Assembly: GCF_006345805.1 (NCBI RefSeq)
Contig: NC_043009.1
Coordinates: 52,700,001-52,764,000 of the forward strand
Reading direction: 5' to 3'
Source of the DNA: Octopus sinensis
Lineage: Eukaryota
DNA length: 64,000 bases
Positions 49,001-61,561 of this stretch are shown here, piece after piece. Positions within the stretch are counted from its first letter, which is position 1. Every line of letters starts with the position of its first letter. Under the pieces are notes generated by a model that saw only the letters and a program-made list of their open reading frames with translations, had not been told where the DNA came from and did no database searches. The translations under genes and the position numbers were made by a program.

Positions 49001-52000
49001 AACATATTCCCCACTCAGATTCGCACAGTTATTGCAGTGGTCCTTCATGCTTTTTAAGCCCTGTAAAAGGGCTCGCAAGGTTGGGCCTCCAACCAGGTCT
49101 TTTGCAATAACCTCAAAGCCAGGAACTTTTCAGCACCCACTCAAATGCATGTATATATTAATAAAAGTCTTATTGTGCTGTGCTGTGTAGGGCCCTGATT
49201 AGCCATTCTTGATAGGCAACTGATACCTGGTGTTTGTAGTGGTGTAGTAGCTATAGATATTTCCAGTTCTCTGCATAACTATGTCCAGGATATTTATTGT
49301 TTGATAGCCTGAATGATAATTGCCACACTTGCAGACAGACAGAGTCTGACCCCAGGAAGGGCATCCAGCAATAGAAAACTGTCCCAATGTACTTTACTTT
49401 ATATGACTCATGTAAGCATTGTAAAATGGTAAAGTAGACATTAAAATAAGCTGATATATAATGTGTATGGAAAAGTGGATGTTAAAATGACAATGATAAT
49501 TGGGAGGGGAGGGGGGAATATATATGTATATGTGTGTATGCATGTATAACAGGAAAGATAAGTTCAGGGTGTGACACTCACTTGTTTTTGTAGATGGGAC
49601 AACTTGCTACCTCGGCTAAACAAGATCCCTAACATGTGTTCTTTGAGATCGTTGTCACGTGCTGTACCAGACTCTCCTCCATCGACCTCGCTAACTTTTT
49701 TCTCCTCAACTTTGTCCTCAGTGCAATCATCTGTGATCAAACGACCAAAAACCTGGACAACAAAATTTCAAAAAGATATAAGCAGACTGTACAGTGTTGA
49801 AGGAAAATATGGCAGGTGTACACAAGAATAACTTAGACCAATGAGTGAAACAGCTAAAACATAAAAATATGTTTTAAGGGAGAATTGGAAGCTATTTCCG
49901 GCTGGTTGATAATTATGAAGCAGGTCTCTCATTCTACCAGTTAATATTCTGAAGCAGAGAGAGGTGAAAGCCTGGGAGCTTGTTTAGTATTAGCTCATTT
50001 AATTACCTTGTAAGTCAATAATTAATTAATCGATTAATTACCTGTGATGTTAATAAACGAAAGACTTTTAGGGTTTCTGCTTCACAATTATCCTGCTGCA
50101 TTTTCAAAGGATTCTTCATGTTGTTTATGCGACAGTCACAGCCCTCAATCTCACCCAATACCTTGATTTGTCGCAGACGAAGGCTATTGTCGGGCCCCTT
50201 CATCTCCAACTTCATGTAACGGCACTTCTGATCAGGTAAATAACAGTTCACCCAACCAACATGTCGGGCTTCAATTTCAACCTAAAAATGGAAAGGAAAA
50301 GGAAATGGTTTGTTATAAGTGGGTTGATAAAATTAGTACCAGTCAAATACTGGGGTTCAATAAAATCAAAATCGATTTACCCACTCCCCTTAAATTGCTG
50401 ACACTGTGCCAAACTTTAAAACCAATATTTATCATAACATCGCAAGCACCATCTGAATGTGATCAATGCCAGGCCAACCTGACTGGCTCCTGTGCCGGTG
50501 GAACATAAAAGGCACCCACTACACTCTTGGAGTGGTTGGCATTAGGAAGGGCATCCAGCTGTAGAAACATTGCCCGATCAGATTGGCACCTGGTGCAGCC
50601 ACTGGCCTTCCAGACCTAAGTCAAACCGTCCAATCCATGCCATCATGGAAAACAGACGTTAAACGATGATGATGATGATGAAAACAAAAATAAATAATAA
50701 AGAGGAAACGATATGTGTGGCATAAAAGACGTACCTTTTTCTTGTGAAAAAAGGTGGCGAAAAATTTACCCCAGGGCCAGTATGCAAAGCTGAGCCTCCC
50801 ATAAGCTTATTTTTTTCCTTGATGCCCACTCTTTCCTGAATACGAACTACTGAAATTGGGATGCATCAAATATACCTGAACATCAATTATGCCATCAAAT
50901 ATAGTAATAAAGAATGAGCATAACTTACCTGTCGTATTTTATTCATCTCCTCAGCTGAAGGTCCACAGAAGAACTGGATAAAAGAGACTTTATTCTGAAA
51001 TGAATAAGAAAGGAGATAAATAATGAGATTCATGTAACACAGGCTATAGAAAATAAAGAAAAAAATCAGCTGACTGCAGGTACATATCACATGCTTCCTA
51101 CAGTTTTTACTTAAGACATTTACTCACAATATATGAGTTACTCAGGAGCTACAATACAAGACATTTGCCTAAAGTGCCATACAGAGGCACTGAACCTGAA
51201 AGCACATGGTTGTGAACTGAACTTAATCACAGCTGTGCAAGCACCTATACATGTGTTTGTGTGTGCATGTATACACACACACATGCGTGTGTATGATTGC
51301 ATGTGTGTATTGTGTTTATTCATGAAAAAGTTGCACTCCATATTAAACAGAAGTTGATACAAAACTTCTGTAAAACAAGATTAATTAACCTTGTGTTGCA
51401 AGTCATATCATTGACTTTTGTTATCAAAGTACTGCTATTGAAGTCATGTAAAAAATGTGTGACTTAGACAAGATTAAATACTGTGTGTATGTGTGAGCAC
51501 ACACACACACATATATATATGTATGTTAGTTGTCTTTCACTTCATTTTTATTAGTTTATTTAAATTACAGAAACTCATGTGTTGCCATCTTGCTTTCTGG
51601 GTGTGTGAAGCAGTGCACAGTTCAATATGTGAAGATGTGGAATAAAGTACCTTACCCAAAAATCAAGGGTTGACATCAGGAAAGTGTCCAAGAATTAGAC
51701 CACTAACTCCTGAAGTATCCATCCAGCAAATGACAGAATGGAAAAAGCAGACGTAACAATGATGATGGTAAAGAGGCAATTAGCATTGCACCATCTTTCA
51801 AGATTAGTCAATGTGTAGTCTCTCTGTCTAGAAGCCATCAGTACTCCAGGTTGTACATTTTTTTTTGCTTGTTTACAGTTCTATACGTTATTACTAGTGG
51901 TAGCCCTGTATGTTATGAAAGAGATTCATTGTAATTATAATCTTAGCAGCATTATAGGCTCCTGGGCAAATCGATGCACTGGACTCTATAGCATTTATTT

Positions 52001-55000
52001 TTTGAAAGCAAACTACAATAAACATAGATCAGAATTGGGCCTCTGAATCTGTGAGGACCCCAGGCAAGTGCCCAAAGTGCTCAATGTCTTAAGATAGTAC
52101 TGTTCTCACTACCCTCAAGCACAAAATTTCTTCCTTCCAGGTGCTACCAGATAAGTCCTCTCTCTATCAGGTTCAAAATTTCAGAGCTGCAACAATTGAG
52201 GGAACAACAAAAAGTACGTCCAGAGTGACTGTAGAGATGCTTGGGTAGAGGTGCTTAGATGTATTCTGTGTAAAATGACTAAGATGGAGAAATGCCCAGT
52301 CCAACTTCCACATTGACAAAGAACACAAAACCCATACCGACATAGACACATATATACATATATATACATACAACATACAATTACACTTACAGCTAAGTCT
52401 CTGGTGTTATCTATATGTGCAGCTATCAATCGTGCATGGCACTGTGCTGTACACACAACGTTAATAACTTTAGACTTGTTGCGATCTTCATCTCCACTCT
52501 CCCAAAATGTTTCTGTTGAACAATCTGAAATATAGAAAACAAAAAGTTACATATGATGATGATAATGATGATGATGTTTTTGTAACAAGTAGTAATTGGT
52601 GTGGGACTTTAGTGGCACTTGCTGCCATAGACTCTCAGCGATAAAACAGTCAGTATGTGTGTGATGTAAATGATCCACAGATGAATTAATTTCTTTCGAA
52701 AGAAATAAAAGGTTGCTCACCTGTTAGACTGGCAATCATACTCTGTCGGCTTGAAGCCCTGATGTCAGCTGATGCAGTCAAGTCTTTCCACAGACTCAGC
52801 ATACTTGTTGACTGGTAACAATAAAACACAGTTAATTACTGATAGTGCATGCTAATTAAAGACAGTGTCATGGACTTGTTATACATTCCTAGTAAGGCAT
52901 GTGCCCAACACGGGTTTAGTTTGGGGGTTAAACCACTTCACTTTTCATCACTTCCCCTAATCATCTGCAATCTCTCACCATCATAATAAATGTCTTGGTC
53001 ACACACCAAATTACCCAGCTTCCCATCAAGTATTCCTGGCAAAACACACGAGCTTCAAATTACTCCCATCTCACACTCCCCAAAACTCCCTACCACCATA
53101 TCTCTACTTGCAAACACACTAAACTACCAGGGACACAAAACAACAGCTTCCTGCTACTGAAAATTAAGGAAAAAAAAAACAGTTCAAACCTGAGCATTTT
53201 CAGTGTTGTTATCTTCTGTGTCTTCGTCGTCAGACTTTACCAAGATCCTACTAATGTTACTGAACACATGACTCTCATGTAGAAACTGGTGGTCGGCCTG
53301 AGTGAAACGCAGACAGTAGCAGCGTACTGCCATTTGCTGGAGAGGACATAAAACATAGAAGACAGTGACAATAACAGTGATGATGATGATGATGATGGTG
53401 ATGATGATCATGATGATGATGAGCAAAGAATAGAGAAAAGTAAAATGGGTGAATTGTAAAAGTGTTGGGGAAAAATGTGCTGTGACTATATATGTGTATG
53501 TGTAATGTTAGTGTGCACAACTTACCTGGAGACTAGTGCCAAGAGGGAGATGCATCATAACATCGGCAACTGTCTGCAAAAGGGTATGGAAGGTGACAGG
53601 TAATGGGTGGACTGCTGCTCCAGCTATCGCAACATCAGCAAGAGGATGATCACAAAGAGGGACATCCTAAAAAAGGAAAAAAATGCATTTTGTTTTTAAT
53701 TATTGAACAAAAAAAGTTTACTATAAAGGAAAAAAAAAAAGAAAAGAAATAAACTAACAAAAGATGTACAGCCTAGCAAGTGATTTGATCCCAGACCATG
53801 TGTTGGAACTGAAACAAGTGAGTCGTGAAAAAACCATTTTAGCATTTCAAGAACTCAAACTGAACTACTTTGGTTAATGACCTACTGCTATCATCTGTAC
53901 TTGTGACATGTGCAGTTGAGATATTTCAGCAAGCAAAAGATCAAACTGACCAAAACCCAGACCAGATAATCATGCCTCATCATTGGTCAGGAAATCTGGC
54001 ATGGAAAAATGACATTGGTTTGGGCAAATCACCCAACAAGGCTGATTGAAAAAACACTAAAAATAATAAAATTTTTTTTAACATTAAATAAAACCTGGTT
54101 CTGTTTAATTCCCTTTTCATTTATTTTTTGGTGTCAAAGTTTACATTGCATCACTGCAAACTGATCACTGAAGCAGTTCCACTGCAACTGTGTGAAACTT
54201 ATTTAACCCTTTCGTTACTGTATTTCTGCTGAGATGCTCTGTGCTTCGTTCAATTACTCTAAATATAACGAAGAATTTAGTCAAATAACTTGGTTATCAT
54301 CCAGCTAGTGTTAGGAGCATAAATTGCGACTAAGGTTTGGTGGAAGATTTTAATTCAAAACCTATGAAAACAAGACATTTGTACTCAGAGCCAGAGCCGG
54401 TTTCAGCCGGGTTGGTAACGAAAGGGTTAATGATTAGTTCTAAGCCTCATGTATTTTCCCTTCTTTCTATAAAAGTCTGTGTATTCATGTTGATTGACAA
54501 TGATTACATTCTTTTGGTCTGTTTACAACTTTGTATACATCACTGTCATCATTCCACTATTTTCTAATCCTTTTCCTTTTCTTCTTTCTTTTCTTGAAGG
54601 ATAATTTTATATCTCTACAAACCCCATTAATGACATATAAGGTATTATAGTACATTTCTCTCTTGTAATACAAGTCCTACAAAAATTAAGAGATTTATAA
54701 AAATCTATCAATAAATCAATAATATTCCTGCTCAGATATTCTTTGAATCAACAAAACTGTATCACACTTGACATATTAACAATAGCCAAATCTCCCTCCA
54801 GTAACACCCTATCATCTTGAACAATATAGTCCTAAAATATAGACTATCATTTAAGAAAAAAAGACAAAAAAAAAAAATGTATAATATGAAATTATATTTG
54901 CATAAACAAGAGATGATCAGAGCTGGAAGATCTTTATCATAGGTTTGTCTGTTAATTCAGAGGTGACTAGAATATGATTTGAAAAAGATTTGTCTAGCTG

Positions 55001-58000
55001 AATAATAACAAAGTACTCCTACTTGTGGTTAACTGCACCAAATTGCATTGGTTCATTACACAATGACAGTCAGCTAGGACACAGACAAGATTAAGTGTTT
55101 TAAGAATTGAAGGGGTTTCTGTGAAATAACGGTGCAGGGAAGACTAGTTAAAAAAAAAGGAGGGAGCAGGAATTTGAGAGCAGGTGGGAAAGAATTTGTT
55201 TACCTCTTGGTCTTTTCTTTCTTTCTTCTCTTTCACTTGCTGCTCAGCTTCCTCTTCTTCCTCTTCCTCGTCATCATCATATGTTGGCGACAATGAAGAC
55301 ACAAAAAACCAGAGCAGGTCGTGGATGCAAGTAGCTTGGGTGACGGTCCTCACTAACCAGTTTAAACCCTGCGAAAAGAGAAAGAAAAGCACAAATTACT
55401 ATTATTTATTGGAATTTATTCAATAAGAAATTTAGAAGTTTTAAAAAAATTGTCTCTGTTTCAGGGATTCTGCTACAGAATTAAAAGAGTTTGAAAACAC
55501 AGAGAAAAGAAAATTAGAGAAATAAGAGGAAGAAAGGAGAAAAACAAAGATACAGAAAGAAAACATGGGGACAAAGATAAAGAGAGATGAAAAAGGGTAT
55601 GTATCGCCACATAGTTAAAATAATCTAATGTCTGTGAGTGACCCTTTTCCACAAGAAAGCATAGTAGTTAACTCACTATACTACCAGCATTTCTGTCAAC
55701 AATTATATTAACCGTCTCTACTCAGTCTGACCTTTTATGGAAAAAACGTAAAACTATTAATTAACTTACACTACAGAACCAACTCTTTCTGCTATCATCT
55801 TCCTCTGGAAGAGTACTGCAGTACTCAGAAGAACAGATTACTTGCTTATTTGTCTTTCAAACTGAATATCACACAGATCGAAGGAGAGAGAGCAAAAGAA
55901 AGGAGACAGAGCAACAGAAAGGAAACAGAAAATGACGGAGGAGATTGACAGACACATAGATAGAAAGTTAGAGACTCCTACAGAAAGGAAACAGATAATG
56001 ACGGAGGAGATTGACAGATACATAGATAGAAAGTTAGAGACTCCTACAGAAAGGAAACAGATAATGACGGAGGAGATTGACAGATACATAGATAGAAAGC
56101 TAGAGACTCCTACAGAAAGGAAACAGAAAATGACAGAGGAGACTGACAGACACATAGATAGAAAGTTAGAGACTCCTACAGAAAGGAAACAGATAATGAC
56201 GGAGGAGATTGACAGATACATAGATAGAAAGCTAGAGACTCCTACAGAAAGGAAACAGAAAATGACAGAGGAGACTGACAGACACATAGATAGAAAGCTA
56301 GAGACTCCTACAGAAAGGAAACAGAAAATGACAGAGGAGACTGACAGACACATAGATAGAAAGCTAGAGACTCCTACAGAAAGGAAACAGATAATGACAG
56401 AGGAGACTGACAGACACATAGATAGAAAGTTAGAGACTTCTACAGAAAGGAAACAGATAATGACGGAGGAGATTGACAGATACATAGATAGAAAGCTAGA
56501 GACTCCTACAGAAAGGAAACAGAAAATGACGGAGGAGACTGACAGACACATAGATAGAAAGCTAGAGACTCCTACAGAAAGGAAACAGATAATGACGGAA
56601 GAGATTGACAGATACATAGATAGAAAGATAGAGACTCCTACAGAAAGGAAACAGATAATGACAGAGGAGACTGACAGACACATAGATAGAAAGATAGAGA
56701 CTCCTACAGAAAGGAAACAGATAATGACGGAGGAGATTGACAGACACATAGATAGAAAGATAGAGACTCCTACAGAAAGGAAACAGATAATGACGGAGGA
56801 GATTGACAGATACATAGATAGAAAGTTAGAGACTCCTACAGAAAGGAAACAGATAATGACAGAGGGGACTGACAGACACATAGATAGAAAGTTAGAGACT
56901 CCTACAAAAGGAAACAGATAATGACGGAGGATTGACAGATACATAGATAGAAGTTAGAGACTCCTACAGAAAGGAAACAGATAATGACAGAGGGGACTGA
57001 CAGACACATAGATAGAAAGTTAGAGACTCCTACAGAAAGGAAACAGATAATGACGGAGGAGATTGACAGATACATAGATAGAAAGATAGAGACTCCTACA
57101 GAAAGGAAACAGATAATGACGGAGGAGATTGACAGACACATAGATAGAAAGATAGAGACTCCTACAGAAAGGAAACAGATAATGACGGAGGGGACTGACA
57201 GACACATAGATAGAAAGATACAGACTCCTGTAGATCTTACCTGCATTGCAAACACTCTACAGATAGCTTTCCTCAATGCATGTCTCATGGCAATCTGCAG
57301 ATTATCCAAGTCATGACGCTGAACTACAAACGCCATCACAGGACGGTTTAAGGTTTTCTCATTGTGGCCGTTGTCCCGAGAATTCTTTGATTTATCAACA
57401 AGGCTGATCAACCGACTCATTGCTGCTGATGGGTTTTTCAATAATGACATTCCACCGTCTGAAACAACAAAAATATTGACATCAATAATGGTGGTGATGA
57501 TAATTAAAATTTACAACTTGTGACCATATGAAGAGTATAATGGAATTGTTTTGGGGTGGTGCCTAGCACTACATTGATAGGAGAGTGTTGTTGTTCAAGC
57601 TCATGGTACCCCTGATCAGACAGGCAGATAAACAATCAAAGAGTGTCTTAGATGTTGCTAACCGCTATCAAATGAAGTGTAACAGTAGTGAGGTGGAAAT
57701 AGTGGTAATGGTGGTGGAAATGTAGTGGTGGTGGTGGTGGTGGTAGTGGTGGTGATGGTGGTGTGGTGGTGGTGGAAGCAATAGTGTTTAGAATTAGGTG
57801 TTTGATTGAAAGGAGGATCTGTGATTACATTCCAGCCTTGATGATCCCCTTCTTTTTGTAGGACATGAATCAATTTGTCCTTCCTGTTTCAGTGTCCTTT
57901 AAGGGAATTTCGCTTCTATTTCTAGCAGATCAATCAGCTTTCTAGAAGCTTCTGCCCATCACTATGGTGTAGAGTGGTATATGGCACTGCAGCTATGGTA

Positions 58001-58819
58001 GTGGTAGCTATATGATGGTGCTATAATTTAGCCCCAGGTTAGTTCAGTCCTGATCATGCAGACATGATGATCAAAGCTGTTCTAGCCATGACAAGCTATG
58101 AATAAAGAGATATGATTGTGTGGTTAAGAAGTTTGCAATCACATATTTCTGTGGGTTCAATCCTATATAGAGGCACACAGGGAAAGCATTTTCCACCAGA
58201 ACTTGGGGCAACCAAATTTTGCAAATAAAATTTAAGAGACATAAAACAGAAATTTTACTGAATGTGTTTGTGTGTGTGACAGAGTGAGAGAGAGAGAGAG
58301 AAAGATAGGGTGGGAGAACTGGTCTGTTGAATAAAAATTGTTAGCAGCATTTGTTTCCAGCCAATTCGCTTTCCTTTATAACCATGTTCACTGTACTTTT
58401 CTATGAGACCAGTAACAAATGTAGCAAAGCACGGGGTTTGATATACCCAACTAAAAACCTACAGGAGTGCCCCAACATAGAGGACAAACATTTGCGAATG
58501 ATTCTGAGGACTCATCTAATCTGCTGCTTATGACTAAAGAATAATGGGAGGGGTGTGATGATGTGGTCTTCATGTCAGTAGTGCTTAGGATTGTTGTTGT
58601 TTTTTTTGTTTGTTTTTTTTTTCAGTTGGGATACTTTTGAGATCTCTGCTGTTGCAGAAATACACCAATTCAAAGACTCTCTTGCTTTCCAAAGACGACT
58701 TACTCTGAGGCAAAAAAATTTTTTCCTGTCACCTAGATAAATCTTTCATTCAATCAGCTTAGTGTGAAATATTCTAAGCCAGCCAAAAGACATTACTTTA
58801 AATTGATTCCTTACTAAGA

Positions 58820-58854
<35 letters not shown>

Positions 58855-59418
58855 AATATATACAATTGTAAGATCCAAGGATCTATGTGTAGGAAGTTTA
58901 CAACCTTTGAGCAGTTCGTGGTGGTAGGTATAAAAAAACAATGCTCAGGAACAATAATAATTTATTGACATCGAAGGTTGTAGGCTTTTGTCATATCAAA
59001 GTTCGATAAGCTGAAAAATATTTATGTATAGCTCATGGTTAGCAACTAAAGTTAATTATTACATCAGAGGATCTACTAGCTAGAAAATATATGTAGCCTA
59101 GATATTACCTGTTCTACTACCTCAGCTTGGAAATATATATATATATATATAATATATATATATATATATTGGTAAAAATGGTAAGATAACAAAAGAAAGA
59201 AAAGAGACCTCAATATTATGTAAATAGAGGAAATTCATCTGTAAAATAATATGTAACAATTATTCAAGTTTCGGATGCGGAGGTGGAAATCCACAACACC
59301 ATCTCTTCGGTTATCTGGCCAGATAACCGAAGAGATGGTGTTGTGGATTTCCAACTCAGCATCCAAAACTCGGAGTTTTATTTTGGCTATTGAATAATTG
59401 TCACATATTATTTTACAG

Positions 59419-59451
<33 letters not shown>

Positions 59452-60200
59452 AGTATGCGCCAACCAACAAATACACACACAGACATATGAGAGGGAGAGG
59501 AAGAAATAGATGACAGATCAACGTTTATGAATACTCACCTGAGACACCACCACTATTGTTTCTCCGTCTCATCACGACTCGGTTGAAGTGTTTGTCCCCT
59601 TGGTCAAGTAGACAACTGTCCACCTCAGAGATACTGCGTTGAAACAGCGTCGTCTTCTGGTCTTGTTCAGCCTCAGGACTGGTGCCGGCACTCTTTGGTA
59701 ATGGTTTGCTTTCATGTGTGTGCCTCAGTGGGTCCTGTCATGGAGAGGGGGAGAGGAAAGAGCAGGTAAGAAAATCATAAAGGTTACCATTATAATTATT
59801 ATGGAGAGAGGGAGAGAGAAAAAGATCATCATACTTAAAATGGGTCTACATACGGCTGTAGGTTGCTGGCAAGGATAGGAGACATTTTGGCACAGCCATT
59901 TTGACACAGCCATTTTCGCACCAACTATTTGGAATCACTGAAACAGCGGGAGTCAATGTAATCAACTTATCCCTTAATGGCTGTCCTTGTGGCAAAATTT
60001 GAAACCATTATTATCAATATTATTGTGGTAAGCTAGTGGAATTGTTGCACACCAGACAAAATGGTTAGCAGCATTTCATCTGCGTTTATGTTCTGAGTTT
60101 AAATTCCGCTGAGATCAACTCTGCCTGAACACCAGGATCAATGTAATCAACTTATTTCCTCTCCCAAAACTGCTAGCCTTGAGCCAAAATTTGAAAACAA

Positions 60201-60241
<41 letters not shown>

Positions 60242-61524
60242 TGAGCTGGTAGGATCATTACCACGCTGGATGAAATGCTTAGCGGTATTTCGCCCAATGC
60301 TACATTCTGAGTTCAAATTCCGCCAAGGTCGACTTTGCCTTTCATCCTTTTGGGATTAATAAATTAAGAACCAGTGAAGCACTGGGGTCTATGGAATCAA
60401 CTAGTCCTCTCTCCACAAATTTCAGGCCTTGTGCCTTTAGTAGAAAGGATTATTATTATCATTATAAGTAAACTCAAGGTGGCAAAATCATTAGGGTTAG
60501 CAGAAAAAAATGCTTTGTGGTATTTCTTCCAATTCATTACATTGAGTGCAAATTCTACCAAGATCAACTTAACATTTTATCCTTTCAGGACCAATAAGAT
60601 AAATCATCAAAGAAGTACTCTGGTTGATAGTATTCAATAAACCCATCCCTGGACTTTGTGCCTAAATTAAAAACATATTATTATTATTATTCTGTTGTGT
60701 CTGGGGAAAGTGATTTTCTTTTTGTGTATTATTATTATTATTATTATTTTTATTAAGGCAACAAGCTGGCAGAATCATTACTAGATCAGACAAAATGCCT
60801 AGTGATATGTCTTACAGCTCTTTATGTCCATTCAAATTCCTCCATGGTTGACTGCTTTTCATCCTTTGGAAGGGAGGTCAGTGATTCTCCCATTCTCTAC
60901 ATTCTTTAGTCAATCCCTACCAATTCTGTCACCCACTCCTCTATATTTTACTGCTGCTGCTGCTACTACTACTGATGCTATATTTAGAAGAATTCATACT
61001 GTGTCAGATAAAATTTCCTGTGATTCCTCATTTCAGGTTAAATAAACAAAGTACCAGATAACAAGTTTAGATGATGATCCACTCCAACAAAAAACCTGAC
61101 CTTCCCACTATACTAGCAGAAATAAAAGTACATGAATTAACATACATCTTAATTAACTATATCCCCTCTATTAATTAACTATACCTTCCTGTCCACAATT
61201 AATTAACTCTATCCTTTTCCCCATAAATTAGTGGTTGTGTGCCAATCTAAAGCAGTCAGTAACATTAACTATCACATTACTGGACACTAAAATAATGACT
61301 GTTAATGAAAAAAACAAATGTTTTTTTTTTTTCATTTCAGGCAAATAAGGAAATTAATGCAAGTGAAAGGAGGTCAAAAGTCAAGTAATCAACAAACTGA
61401 CAACTGAAGCTGAAAGTGGATTTGTAACAGGTGAAATATAAAATGAGATTATGATTCAAGATACATGAGAGAAACACAATGTATTTGGTCACTTATTTTT
61501 ATATACACACAGTTGTGCACGTGT

Positions 61525-61561
<37 letters not shown>

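Noticed and set aside
55838-56944. 329-aa and 368-aa ORFs on opposite strands
   Set aside because: Both arise from the stop-free 66-bp repeat within an intron; there is no independent gene evidence.
55914-57230. CRISPR-like appearance of the 66-bp array (and of the 26-bp array at 8945-9580)
   Set aside because: Head-to-tail repeats without unique spacers, in a eukaryotic context with no cas genes.
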